Assembly: GCA_903844635.1 (NCBI GenBank)
Contig: CAIMUF010000052.1
Span: 840-64,839 of the forward strand
From: an uncultured Sulfuricurvum sp.
GTDB taxonomy: Bacteria > Campylobacterota > Campylobacteria > Campylobacterales > Sulfurimonadaceae
DNA: 64,000 nt
Direction: 5' to 3'
The number at the start of each line of letters is the position of its first letter. Within the stretch, counting starts at the first letter, position 1. The notes under the pieces were generated by a model, which worked only from the letters and a program-made list of their open reading frames with translations, was not told where the DNA came from and did not search any database. The position numbers and the translations under genes are program-made. Of the stretch, positions 44,346-54,521 are shown piece by piece.

Positions 44346-45601
44346 AAAGAGCTTTTCTGACACCTTCATTAAAAGCACAACGCGCGAGTCAGCTATTTCA
44401 ATACACTACTATTGCGCTGGCATTAGCCATTCCTCTCTCTATTGCCGCATATACAGCTTTTTCTGCTTTGTTATTAATCCTATGGATCGTAGAAGGAAAC
44501 TGGAATATTAAATGGGAATTAATTAAAAATCAACCTTTTTTTAAAGCGTTTGGGCTCTTTTATTTTTTTTTAGTTCTTAGCTTAATGTGGAGTGATAATC
44601 TTGCTCTTGGCTTAGAGTATTTACGAAAATACTATTTTGCAGTGCTCCTCCTGCCTATACTCTACACCTCCATTGATCGCCAACGAATACCACAGATTTT
44701 CAGCGCATTTTTATATGCCATGATCTTCAGCGAAATTCTTTCATATTTAATCTTTTTTGAACTCATGCCGTTTAAATACAAAGAGACATGGTCCTCTATC
44801 GATCCTTCCCCATTTATGCACCATACTCCCTACAGTATTTTTTTAATATTTTCTATCTTTTTAATGATCACTCGTTTACTCAATGAGAAAAAAACAAAAA
44901 TTCAATTGTTCATCTACTTATTTTTCATTCTCACAATGACTGCAAATTTATTTCTCAATGTCGGAAGAACGGGGCAATTTGCTTTATTAATAACATTGGC
45001 TGTCTTTATCACAACCTACTGGCGCTTTTCATTGCTTAAAACTTTTTTGTCATCTACACTAATTGCTCTATCGATTTTTTCACTCGCATACTGGTTAAGT
45101 CCCAACTTTCATAACCGTACAAACGAAACCTATCAAACATTTAACTATCTCATAACCCAAGGCAAACCATTAAATGACAGCACAGGGTTTCGATTTATGA
45201 TGTGGCAGACGGCTGGCACTATCATTAAAGAGCATCCTATTGTCGGTGTAGGAATTGGAGATGAAAGAGACGCTTATGCTACTACTCTAACAAACGAACT
45301 TTCTCAATACAAAGATCAGATTATTGGCTTTAGTGATTTTCATAATACTTTTTTACAGATAGCGGTATCGACTGGAATAATTGGATTGGGATTATTATTA
45401 AGAGCATTGTTCATTCTTTACCAAAATTTCTCTCCCAACAGAGAGCTAAAAACTCTCGGAAGTGTTTTGGCAACTCTTTGGATATGCTTTATGCTTATTG
45501 GTCATTTTCCAGCAGCATATTTGACAATATTAATTGTTTTAGTTATTGCTATAACGTTGAAACATCCTCTTTATGATTTTAGGAATTCTATAGTAAAATA
45601 A
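44342..45601 (+). CDS. waaL: O-antigen ligase
   Basis: Polytopic; GRTG, STGFRFMMW, HPIVGVG, FHNTFLQ. Confidence 0.8.
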   Translation: MKRAFLTPSLKAQRASQLFQYTTIALALAIPLSIAAYTAFSALLLILWIVEGNWNIKWELIKNQPFFKAFGLFYFFLVLSLMWSDNLALGLEYLRKYYFAVLLLPILYTSIDRQRIPQIFSAFLYAMIFSEILSYLIFFELMPFKYKETWSSIDPSPFMHHTPYSIFLIFSIFLMITRLLNEKKTKIQLFIYLFFILTMTANLFLNVGRTGQFALLITLAVFITTYWRFSLLKTFLSSTLIALSIFSLAYWLSPNFHNRTNETYQTFNYLITQGKPLNDSTGFRFMMWQTAGTIIKEHPIVGVGIGDERDAYATTLTNELSQYKDQIIGFSDFHNTFLQIAVSTGIIGLGLLLRALFILYQNFSPNRELKTLGSVLATLWICFMLIGHFPAAYLTILIVLVIAITLKHPLYDFRNSIVK

Positions 45602-45626
45602 TAAATTCTTTTCAAATTGGTGCAAT

Positions 45627-46466
45627 ATGAACTTTCCAAAAACAACCATTATTATCTCAGTTTATAAAGACACTGAAGCGCTTGGATTTATCTTGGAGAG
45701 TTTGGAACACCAAACCCTACCCGCTGATGAAATTATCGTTTCTGAAGATGGTGATTCATCTGAGATGCGCGATTATATCGCTACACAAAAATCTCGTTTC
45801 CCAAATCTCGTCCATCTCACCCAAAAAGATGACGGGTGGCGTAAAAATATCGCGATGAATAATGCTATCAAAGCCTCCTCTAATGAATACCTTATTTTTA
45901 TTGACGGTGACTGTGTCCCCTATGGTAACTTTATCCAAGGGCATATAGAAAATGCACAACACGGAATCGTATTGTGCGGTAAGCGGTTCGAGCTCGGACC
46001 AAAATTTACGAATAAAGTAAAAAATCATGTGCTAACAATCTCTAATATTGAAAAAAAGTTCCTATGGTATCTTCCTGCAATGCTTACCGATAATGCTCGC
46101 CATCCAGAAGATGGTTTTAGCTTTAAATCCCATTCCTTAATCAGCCGTCAAATCCATAAACGCTATGTTCGTCATATTATCGGATGTAACTGGTCATGCT
46201 ACAAAGAAGATTTTTTAAAAATCAACGGCTTTGACGAAACATATTGCCTGCCCGCTGAAGGAGAAGATGTCGATCCTAGCTGGCGTTTTAGGGGAATTGG
46301 TATTGAGCTTAAATCGTGCCGAAATAATGCCAACATCATTCATTTGTACCATCCTAAACGTTTTAGTGCAATCGAAGGAGATATAAATAAAGCGATTATG
46401 GAAAAGCATCAAGCAGAAAATGCATTTTTCTGCAAGAATGGGATAAATAAGCAGGAGTCTTTATGA
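45627..46466 (+). CDS. GT2 glycosyltransferase
   Basis: SEDGD, FIDGDC, NGFDE, HLYH. Confidence 0.87.
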   Translation: MNFPKTTIIISVYKDTEALGFILESLEHQTLPADEIIVSEDGDSSEMRDYIATQKSRFPNLVHLTQKDDGWRKNIAMNNAIKASSNEYLIFIDGDCVPYGNFIQGHIENAQHGIVLCGKRFELGPKFTNKVKNHVLTISNIEKKFLWYLPAMLTDNARHPEDGFSFKSHSLISRQIHKRYVRHIIGCNWSCYKEDFLKINGFDETYCLPAEGEDVDPSWRFRGIGIELKSCRNNANIIHLYHPKRFSAIEGDINKAIMEKHQAENAFFCKNGINKQESL

Positions 46467-47236
46467 AAGTTTTATTATTAGCCGGTGGCTACGGAACACG
46501 GTTAAGTGAAGAAACAGATATACGTCCCAAACCGATGGTAGAAATCGGTGGTAAACCGATCCTTTGGCATATTATGAAGACGTACAGTCAATATGGTTTT
46601 AATGAGTTTGTCATTCTTCTCGGCTACAAAGGTTATTTTATAAAAGAGTATTTTGCCAACTATTTTCTCCATCAAAGTGATGTAACTATCGATATGCAAA
46701 ACGGGAAGATGGAAGTCCTAAACAACTCTAGTGAACCTTGGAAAGTAACTCTTCTTGATACTGGATTAAACAGTATGACCGGAGGAAGAATAAAAAGAGC
46801 TCAAGATTTTATCGGTAATGAGCCGTTTATGCTTACTTATGGAGATGGTGTTAGTGACATCAATATAGATGAACTGGTAAAGTTTCACAAATCTCATGGT
46901 AAGGCAATGACCATGACATCCAATCAGCCAGATGGACGGTTTGGAGCATTGAATATCGAAGATAATGATCAAGTGACACACTTTCTGGAAAAACCAAAAG
47001 GTGACGGCGGATGGATCAATGCCGGTTATTTTGTTTGCGAGCCAAAAGTTTTCGATTATATTTGTGATGGTGACACTACTGTATTTGAACAAACACCACT
47101 TAAAAACCTTGCACTTGATAGAGAATTATTTACTTATAAACATGAAGGTTTTTGGTCCCCAATGGATAGCTTAAAAGATAAAAATGATCTCAATAAACTT
47201 TGGGATACCAATAAAGCTCCTTGGAAAGTTTGGTAA
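46463..47236 (+). CDS. rfbF: Glucose-1-phosphate cytidylyltransferase
   Basis: LAGGYGTRLSEET, MTGGRIKR, TYGDG. Confidence 0.95.
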   Translation: MKVLLLAGGYGTRLSEETDIRPKPMVEIGGKPILWHIMKTYSQYGFNEFVILLGYKGYFIKEYFANYFLHQSDVTIDMQNGKMEVLNNSSEPWKVTLLDTGLNSMTGGRIKRAQDFIGNEPFMLTYGDGVSDINIDELVKFHKSHGKAMTMTSNQPDGRFGALNIEDNDQVTHFLEKPKGDGGWINAGYFVCEPKVFDYICDGDTTVFEQTPLKNLALDRELFTYKHEGFWSPMDSLKDKNDLNKLWDTNKAPWKVW

Positions 47237-48330
47237 TGGATAATCTTTTTGGTGGTATCTATAAAGGTAAAATAGTCTTGGTCACTGGACATACAGGATT
47301 TAAAGGTTCATGGCTGGCATATTGGCTCACTCAAATGGGGGCAAATGTTATCGGGTACTCTTTAGAAGCACCAAGCGAGCCAAATCATATTGGACTTTTA
47401 AATCTCGACATTACCTCTATCATCGGAGATATTCGAGATCTGGATAGACTAAATGAAACATTTCAAACGTACCAACCGGATATCGTATTCCACCTAGCCG
47501 CCCAACCACTTGTAAGACTCTCCTATGAAAATCCGATCGAAACGTATGAAACCAATGTCATCGGAACACTCAAAGTATTCGAAGCATGCCGAGCCAACAG
47601 CGTCAAGGCTATCGTCAACATCACAAGTGATAAAGCCTATGAGAACCGAGAATGGGTATGGGGTTACCGTGAAAATGACCCTATGGGAGGATATGATCCC
47701 TACAGCTCATCCAAAGGCTGTGCCGATTTACTTGTCAACTCATACCGAAGCTCTTATTTCAATCCTGCCGAGTATAAAAAATCGCATAATACCCTCTTGG
47801 CATCTTGCCGTGCTGGAAATGTAATAGGTGGAGGCGACTGGGCAAAAGACCGTCTTATGACCGATATTATGCTTTCCGTCTCGCAAGGGAAAAAAGTTAG
47901 TATCCGAAATCCCAATGCTACTCGCCCGTGGCAACATGTCCTCGAACCACTTAGCGGGTATTTACATATTGGTCAAAAACTCCTTGAAGAAAAAGTGGAG
48001 TTCGGTGAAGCATGGAACTTCGGCCCAAGCGATGAGGGGAGTGTTACGGTCGAAACGGTCGTAAATCATGTCAAAACACATTGGGATAAAATCGACTACG
48101 AAATCACCCGTGATCCAAAGCAACTGCATGAAGCCAATTTGTTAAAACTCGATTGTTCAAAAGCCCATATCCGTTTAAAATGGAAAGATGTTTGGGATAG
48201 TGAAACAACTTTTGAAAAAACGGTGATGTGGTATAAAAACTTTTATGAAAATGATAGCGTTGGTACGACTGATGATTTGAATCACTATGTTTTGGATGCA
48301 AAAAAGAAAAATTTGGAGTGGAGTAAATAA
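47236..48330 (+). CDS. rfbG: CDP-glucose 4,6-dehydratase
   Basis: TGHTGFKGSWL, HLAAQPLVR, TSDKAY, RPWQHVLEP. Confidence 0.95.
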   Translation: MDNLFGGIYKGKIVLVTGHTGFKGSWLAYWLTQMGANVIGYSLEAPSEPNHIGLLNLDITSIIGDIRDLDRLNETFQTYQPDIVFHLAAQPLVRLSYENPIETYETNVIGTLKVFEACRANSVKAIVNITSDKAYENREWVWGYRENDPMGGYDPYSSSKGCADLLVNSYRSSYFNPAEYKKSHNTLLASCRAGNVIGGGDWAKDRLMTDIMLSVSQGKKVSIRNPNATRPWQHVLEPLSGYLHIGQKLLEEKVEFGEAWNFGPSDEGSVTVETVVNHVKTHWDKIDYEITRDPKQLHEANLLKLDCSKAHIRLKWKDVWDSETTFEKTVMWYKNFYENDSVGTTDDLNHYVLDAKKKNLEWSK

Positions 48331-49502
48331 TGAAAAGTTTATCTAATATTGCATATGAAATTGATGGTCAGCCAATGTTTAAAATACTTGATTTAGCTCA
48401 AAAACTTGAAAGACAAGGAAAAGAAATTCTTCATTTTGAGTTAGGTGAACCTGATTTCGATACACCTATTAATATAGTAAATGCGGCTTGTGATGCTTTA
48501 AACTCAGGTGACACTCACTATACAAGTTCAATGGGATTATATGATTTTAGAATAGTTGCGCAAAAAGCCACTCTTCAAAGTAGAGGTTTCTTGCCAACTA
48601 TTGATCAAGTGTTAGTTGCTCCTGGAGCGAATTCTATTATATATTTAGCAATTAAATGTTTAGTTAATCCAGGCGAGGAAGTTATTGTTCCAGATCCAGG
48701 GTTTCCTACGTATTACTCAGCTATTAAAGCTTGTGGAGCAAAAGCGGTAACAGTAAAATTAAAAGAAGAAAATCAATTCAGATTAGACCCAAATGATTTA
48801 GAAAATGCGATAACCAATAAAACAAGACTAATTATTTTAAATACTCCTAGTAATCCAACAGGTTCAGTAATGCTTCCTGATGAAATTAAACAAGTTGCAG
48901 AAATTGCAAGAAAACATGATATTTATTTATTAAGTGATGAAATATATGGAAGATTGATTTTTAATAATGAAAAATCATTTTTAAGTCCTTCATATATTGA
49001 TCATTGTAAAGAAAGAACTATTATCTTAAATGGTTTCAGTAAAGCTTTTGCAATGACAGGATGGCGACTTGGAGTAGCAATTGGACCAGAAGAAGTGATT
49101 GAAAAAATGGGTTTATTAGTTTCAACGATAGTCTCATGTGTTCCTCCTTTTATCCAAAGGGCTGGGATCGAAGCTATTACTGGTGATCAAAGTGCATTAG
49201 TAAAAATGAAGAATGAATATGATAGAAGACGAAAAATTTTGGTAGATGGATTAAATTCAATTGACGGTGTTAGCTGTATTGAACCTGATGGTGCTATTTA
49301 TGCATTTCCTAATATTTCTGGAACAGGTATGACTAGTGATGAGTTTGCAAATTTTGTTTTAGAAAAGGCTGGGGTGGCTCTTTTACCTGGTAATAATTTT
49401 GGAGAAGCTGGAGAAGGATTCGTGAGAATTTGTTACGTTAATACTTCTGACAATATAATAAAAGCTATAGAAAATATAAAAAAAGCTCTAAAGGATAGAT
49501 AA
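48330..49502 (+). CDS. Class I/II PLP-dependent aminotransferase
   Basis: GEPDFDTP, NTPSNPTG, SDEIY, GFSKAFAMTGWRLG. Confidence 0.9.
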   Translation: MKSLSNIAYEIDGQPMFKILDLAQKLERQGKEILHFELGEPDFDTPINIVNAACDALNSGDTHYTSSMGLYDFRIVAQKATLQSRGFLPTIDQVLVAPGANSIIYLAIKCLVNPGEEVIVPDPGFPTYYSAIKACGAKAVTVKLKEENQFRLDPNDLENAITNKTRLIILNTPSNPTGSVMLPDEIKQVAEIARKHDIYLLSDEIYGRLIFNNEKSFLSPSYIDHCKERTIILNGFSKAFAMTGWRLGVAIGPEEVIEKMGLLVSTIVSCVPPFIQRAGIEAITGDQSALVKMKNEYDRRRKILVDGLNSIDGVSCIEPDGAIYAFPNISGTGMTSDEFANFVLEKAGVALLPGNNFGEAGEGFVRICYVNTSDNIIKAIENIKKALKDR

Positions 49503-51302
49503 ATGAAAATGAGAGTTGCAGATTATGTTGCTAATTACATATATGATGAGTTAAATGTGCCAGAAGTATTTATGCTAACCGGTGGTGGAGCCATGTTTTT
49601 AAACGATGGAGTTGCAAAACATGATAAGTTAGATGTTATTTGTAATCATCATGAACAAGCTTGTGCAATGGGCGCAGTTGCTTATTCTAAGTATACAAAT
49701 AAAATAGGTGTTGCTTATGTAACTACTGGTTGTGGTGGAACAAATGCTATAACAGGGGTATTAGATGCGTGGCAAGATAGTACACAATGTCTCTTTATCT
49801 CTGGGCAGGTAAAGAAAAAAGAAACTTGTTATAACACTGATTTACCATTAAGACAATTCGGAGTACAAGAAGCAGATATAGTTGCTGTAGTAAAATCAAT
49901 TACAAAATATTCTGTGATGGTTAATGAACCAACTGAAATAGCATATCACTTAGAAAAGGCTGCTTATTTAGCAAAAAGTGGAAGACCTGGTCCAGTTTGG
50001 ATCGATATTCCATTAGATGTTCAGGGAGCTATTATTGATACAAATAATCTTAAACATTTTAGCGTTGAAGAATTAACTAAAGACTACAAAGAAGTTGTAG
50101 ACAGTAATGATATTGATGCAATAATAAAAATTTTAGAAAATGCAAAAAGACCTATGGTGATTGCTGGAAATGGTATTAGATTATCAGATACAGTAGCTGA
50201 ATTTAGTAAATTTATTGATAATACAAATATTCCAGTGACAACATCTTATTTGGCTATTGATTTAATGTCTACTGCTGATGAAAAATTTATAGGAAGATTA
50301 GGAACAAAAGGGGATAGATCTGGAAATTTTGCAATACAAAATGCAGATGTTGTTCTTGTATTAGGATCTAGGCTTAGCGTAGCATTAACAGGATTTGAGT
50401 ATGACTTATTTATGAGAGATGCAAAAGTAATAGTTGTAGATATTGATCAAAAAGAACATCAAAAAAATACGGTCAGAATAGATAAATTTGTGAATGCTCA
50501 TTTAAAAAATTTTTTTGAAAAAATAAATCAGAAGGTAATAAATCTAGATACAAAAGATTGGATTAAAAAATGTAATCATTGGAAAAATAAATGGCCCGTA
50601 GCTTTAGAAAGATATGAAAATGAAGAAAAAATAAATAAATACACATTTATAGATCATTTATGTAAATTCCTGAAAGAAGATACTGCAGTTGTTTCTGATG
50701 CTGGTTCATCTTATTATGTAACTTCTCAAGCATTACAAATTAGAGCAAACCAAAGATATATTACTTCAGGAGCACAAGCAGATATGGGTTTTACCCTTCC
50801 AGCTGCAATTGGAACTTGTTTTGCAAAAAAAGGCGAAGTTGTTGGGATTACTGGTGATGGTTCACTTCAGATGAATATTCAAGAACTACAAACTATGAAG
50901 CACTATAACTTACCTTTAAAACTTTTTGTATGGAACAATAATGGTTATCTTTCAATAAGAGCAACACAAAGAAAATTTTTTGATGGAAGAGCAATTGGAA
51001 CAGATAAAGACTCTGGCATTTCATTTCCAGAAGTTGAAAAAATAGCTTATGCATATGGAATTCAATATTTTATTGCAAAAGAAGTCTCAGAATTAGACAA
51101 TGTGTTGAGGGATGTAATGAATTATAATGGACCGGTCATTTGTGAAATAATTTGTCCTGAAAATCAAGAAATCATACCAACAACAGCTTCGATGAGAAAA
51201 GAAGATGGAACAATGGTGTCAAAACCGCTTGAAGACATGTATCCATTTTTAGACAGAGAAGAGTTCAAGAAAGAAATGATTATTAAGCCGTTGGATGAGT
51301 AA
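49503..51302 (+). CDS. ThDP-dependent acetolactate-synthase-like enzyme (YerE-like)
   Basis: TGGGAMFL, HHEQAC, GRPGPVWIDIP, GDGSLQMN..WNN. Confidence 0.88.
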   Translation: MKMRVADYVANYIYDELNVPEVFMLTGGGAMFLNDGVAKHDKLDVICNHHEQACAMGAVAYSKYTNKIGVAYVTTGCGGTNAITGVLDAWQDSTQCLFISGQVKKKETCYNTDLPLRQFGVQEADIVAVVKSITKYSVMVNEPTEIAYHLEKAAYLAKSGRPGPVWIDIPLDVQGAIIDTNNLKHFSVEELTKDYKEVVDSNDIDAIIKILENAKRPMVIAGNGIRLSDTVAEFSKFIDNTNIPVTTSYLAIDLMSTADEKFIGRLGTKGDRSGNFAIQNADVVLVLGSRLSVALTGFEYDLFMRDAKVIVVDIDQKEHQKNTVRIDKFVNAHLKNFFEKINQKVINLDTKDWIKKCNHWKNKWPVALERYENEEKINKYTFIDHLCKFLKEDTAVVSDAGSSYYVTSQALQIRANQRYITSGAQADMGFTLPAAIGTCFAKKGEVVGITGDGSLQMNIQELQTMKHYNLPLKLFVWNNNGYLSIRATQRKFFDGRAIGTDKDSGISFPEVEKIAYAYGIQYFIAKEVSELDNVLRDVMNYNGPVICEIICPENQEIIPTTASMRKEDGTMVSKPLEDMYPFLDREEFKKEMIIKPLDE

Positions 51303-52233
51303 TATGAAAATTCTGATCATCGGTGCCAACGGGTTTATAGGTAAACATTTACGTGAGCATTTGTCAAAAAACAGTGCCTACACGCTGTTGATGCCGGATA
51401 GTAAAACACTCAATCTTACCGATGAAACCAGTGTTGACACTTACATTCACGCCACGCAACCTGATATTGTCATCAACTGTGCTAATCGCGGAGGTGGTCG
51501 AGACAGTGGCAATGAAAATATTGTTCACGAGAATTTGCGGATGTTTTTTAACATCGTCAAGCACTCGGATAAAGTGTCGAAGATCATTCATTTCGGCAGC
51601 GGTGCAGAATACAGCAAGGATAAGCCGATTGTGAATGTCAAAGAGGAGGATGCAGATATGGCAATGCCTCTGGATGAATACGGGTTTTACAAATCTGTCT
51701 GCTCGAAATTCATCGAAAAAAGTGACAATAATCTCAATTTGAGAATTTTCGGCTGTTACGGTGAATATGAGAACTATGAGTTCAAATTTATCTCAAACGC
51801 CATTGTCAAAAATCTTTTGCATTTGCCCATAACGATCAATAAAAATGTCTTTTTCGATTATATTTATGTGGATGATTTGGTAAAAATTGTCGATCATTTT
51901 TTAGATCATGAGCGTAAACATAACGTTTACAATCTGACAACAGGCAAAAAAATCGATTTGATCACATTGGCAAATCTAGTGAATGAAACCAGCGATTTTA
52001 CTTCTGAAATCAAAGTGATTAATGAAGGGCTCAACAATGAGTACACCTCTGATAATAGTAAATTGATGGATGAGATCAGTAGATTTAAATTTACCGAGCA
52101 TCGCGAAGCCATTATACAAATGCGAAACTATTACAGCTCCATTTTGGATACAATCGATCGTAAAAAAATTGAAGCAGATCCTTATTTGCAACTGTGCACA
52201 TCATTTTGGAACAAACACGAGGAGAAAGAATGA
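51295..52233 (+). CDS. NAD-dependent epimerase/reductase
   Basis: GANGFIG, GSGAEY, YGFYK. Confidence 0.85.
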   Translation: MSNMKILIIGANGFIGKHLREHLSKNSAYTLLMPDSKTLNLTDETSVDTYIHATQPDIVINCANRGGGRDSGNENIVHENLRMFFNIVKHSDKVSKIIHFGSGAEYSKDKPIVNVKEEDADMAMPLDEYGFYKSVCSKFIEKSDNNLNLRIFGCYGEYENYEFKFISNAIVKNLLHLPITINKNVFFDYIYVDDLVKIVDHFLDHERKHNVYNLTTGKKIDLITLANLVNETSDFTSEIKVINEGLNNEYTSDNSKLMDEISRFKFTEHREAIIQMRNYYSSILDTIDRKKIEADPYLQLCTSFWNKHEEKE

Positions 52234-53555
52234 CCCAACAAGAAGCCTTAAAGCAAGAAATTTTAGCCAAGACCAAAGAGTATTATGAATTGGTTCATAA
52301 ACCGATGCAAGATAAAGAGTTTGTAGCCGGTAAAAGCCGCGTCAATTATGCAGGACGTGTATTCGATGAAAAAGAAATGATCAATCTCGTCGACAGTTCA
52401 CTCGATTTTTGGCTTACCTATGGTGATTATTCGAAACAATTTGAGAAAAAATTAGCAGACTATCTCGGAGTACGTTGGACATTTCTCGTCAACAGCGGCA
52501 GTTCGGCAAACCTTCTCGCCTTTTATGCCCTTACATCACCGTTGTTAGGTGATCGTCAGGTTAAACGCGGAGATGAAGTGATCACCGTTGCAGCAGGTTT
52601 TCCAACCACGGTTGCTCCTGTAGTTCAATATGGTGCTGTTCCCGTTTTTGTTGATATGGAATTAACCCATTTCAATATCGATGTAACTCAGTTTGAAGCA
52701 GCGCTAAGCCCAAAAACTAAAGCAATCATGATCGCCCATACCCTCGGTAATCCGTTTAACCTTCGAGCTGTCAAAGAGTTTTGTGATAAACACAACCTTT
52801 GGTTGATCGAGGACAACTGTGACGCACTCGGTTCTACATACGAAGGCAAACCAACAGGGACATGGGGAGACATCGGAACATCAAGCTTTTACCCACCGCA
52901 CCATATGACCATGGGTGAAGGTGGTGCGACATACACCGACAATCCACTCCTTAAAAAAATCATGCTCTCCATGCGTGACTGGGGACGCGACTGCTGGTGT
53001 GAAAGCGGTATTGATAACACCTGCGGATGCCGATTCTATCAAAGTTTTGGAACCTTGCCAAAAGGGTACGATCATAAATACGTGTATAGCCACTTCGGTT
53101 TCAATCTCAAAGTTTCCGATATGCAAGCGGCAATCGGTGTCGCACAACTCGAAAAATTCCCGACATTTGTTGAAAAGCGCAAAGAAAACTTCACAAAACT
53201 CTACAATGGGCTAAAAGGGGTAGATGCTCTAATCCTGAATGCTGCTACACCAAACAGTGATCCAAGCTGGTTTGGCTTTATAATCACCCTAAAAGACGGC
53301 GTACAATTTAGCCGTAATGAACTCGTAGAACATCTCGAAAACGCTAATATTCAGACCCGCAATCTTTTCGCCGGAAATATGCTCCGTCATCCGATGTTTG
53401 ATAGCATGGTACGAGATAGTGACTATAGAGTGGTTGGTGATTTACCGAATACAGACAAAATCATGAATGACAGTTTCTGGATCGGGCTTTATCCGGGGAT
53501 GGGTGATGAAGCAATTAAATATATGACAGAGACTATTAAAGCATATGTCAAATAG
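52230..53555 (+). CDS. rfbH: CDP-4-keto-6-deoxyglucose 3-dehydratase (E1)
   Basis: NSGSSANLLA, EDNCDALG, SFYPPHHMTMGEGG, DCWC...C Fe-S motif. Confidence 0.92.
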   Translation: MTQQEALKQEILAKTKEYYELVHKPMQDKEFVAGKSRVNYAGRVFDEKEMINLVDSSLDFWLTYGDYSKQFEKKLADYLGVRWTFLVNSGSSANLLAFYALTSPLLGDRQVKRGDEVITVAAGFPTTVAPVVQYGAVPVFVDMELTHFNIDVTQFEAALSPKTKAIMIAHTLGNPFNLRAVKEFCDKHNLWLIEDNCDALGSTYEGKPTGTWGDIGTSSFYPPHHMTMGEGGATYTDNPLLKKIMLSMRDWGRDCWCESGIDNTCGCRFYQSFGTLPKGYDHKYVYSHFGFNLKVSDMQAAIGVAQLEKFPTFVEKRKENFTKLYNGLKGVDALILNAATPNSDPSWFGFIITLKDGVQFSRNELVEHLENANIQTRNLFAGNMLRHPMFDSMVRDSDYRVVGDLPNTDKIMNDSFWIGLYPGMGDEAIKYMTETIKAYVK

Positions 53556-53601
53556 GTCTTTATACAAAATGCGTTTTCTGCAAGAATGGGATTGTCAAAC
53601 T

Positions 53602-54498
53602 CTAAAGATCAAAATAGGTTTGACATTTTTCAACAAAGCGTATAACCGACTCATTTGATTCACGCTCTTGTTTCTCCATATACAGCAACAGCAAAGGACG
53701 GGTTTGAACTGCATACTCTACGTCATTAAATCCATACGCGATTCCGTAACGATTCTCTTCATTCGGCTGCCATTGCTCTTTAGTAATACCTTTTTCAGGG
53801 ATAACAATAGGAATGCATCCGCACATGACTGCATAAATGTGATACATAGTATATGTATCATATGATATACAATATTGTACTTGATTAAAAACCTTTGCCG
53901 TATCTTTATGCGATAACTTATCAATTAATATTGAATTAGTTATATTATGTTCAATCTCTCTCTTATATCCTTTTCGAAGCAAGTAACATGTCCCTTCTCG
54001 CGTATCAGGATTTGTTATTTTATACACATCAGATCTTTGCGAAATAATATGTAAATGATTATTAGAATATTTGTTATATCGACTATCATCAAATGCTTTA
54101 TCATAATAAAAAAATAGATCATTTGTTCCAAAATTTATCTTACCGCCATTATTAAATCCCGGTTTATGCAATAACCATCGAACCACATTTTTAGCTCTCA
54201 ATGGATTGCCAACAACTACTTCAGGGTATACAATAACTGCACCTTCTAAATCTGCATAATTTGCAGTTGGTGTATTAAGTCTATAATTTTTTTTAAATCC
54301 GTATTTTATTTGCTTACGAAAATATTTAATAAATAAATAAATTGTTTTAAAGGGATTAGTACAATTTAAAGCAGGCTTAAAAAATGGCCAAAGATATGAT
54401 TCATGGCCGAGGAGATTGAGTCTATCGCACAACTGATGAAGAACAACGATTCCACCTGCATTATCGTCATATCCTGGTGCAATTATAATAAATTTCAT
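53602..54498 (-). CDS. Putative glycosyltransferase-like protein (WavQ-like)
   Basis: GGIVVLHQLCDRL, YPEVVVGNPL, VRWLL, AVMCGCIPIVIP. Confidence 0.6.
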   Translation of the reverse strand: MKFIIIAPGYDDNAGGIVVLHQLCDRLNLLGHESYLWPFFKPALNCTNPFKTIYLFIKYFRKQIKYGFKKNYRLNTPTANYADLEGAVIVYPEVVVGNPLRAKNVVRWLLHKPGFNNGGKINFGTNDLFFYYDKAFDDSRYNKYSNNHLHIISQRSDVYKITNPDTREGTCYLLRKGYKREIEHNITNSILIDKLSHKDTAKVFNQVQYCISYDTYTMYHIYAVMCGCIPIVIPEKGITKEQWQPNEENRYGIAYGFNDVEYAVQTRPLLLLYMEKQERESNESVIRFVEKCQTYFDL

Positions 54499-54521
54499 AA
54501 ATACAGAGCCATATTTCAACT

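Noticed and set aside
44563-44571. T9 tract in waaL (also A9 in the flgQ-like ORF and A7 tracts in flgR) as phase-variation switches
   Set aside because: Short A/T runs are common in AT-rich DNA, all genes are in frame, and no long G/C tracts were seen
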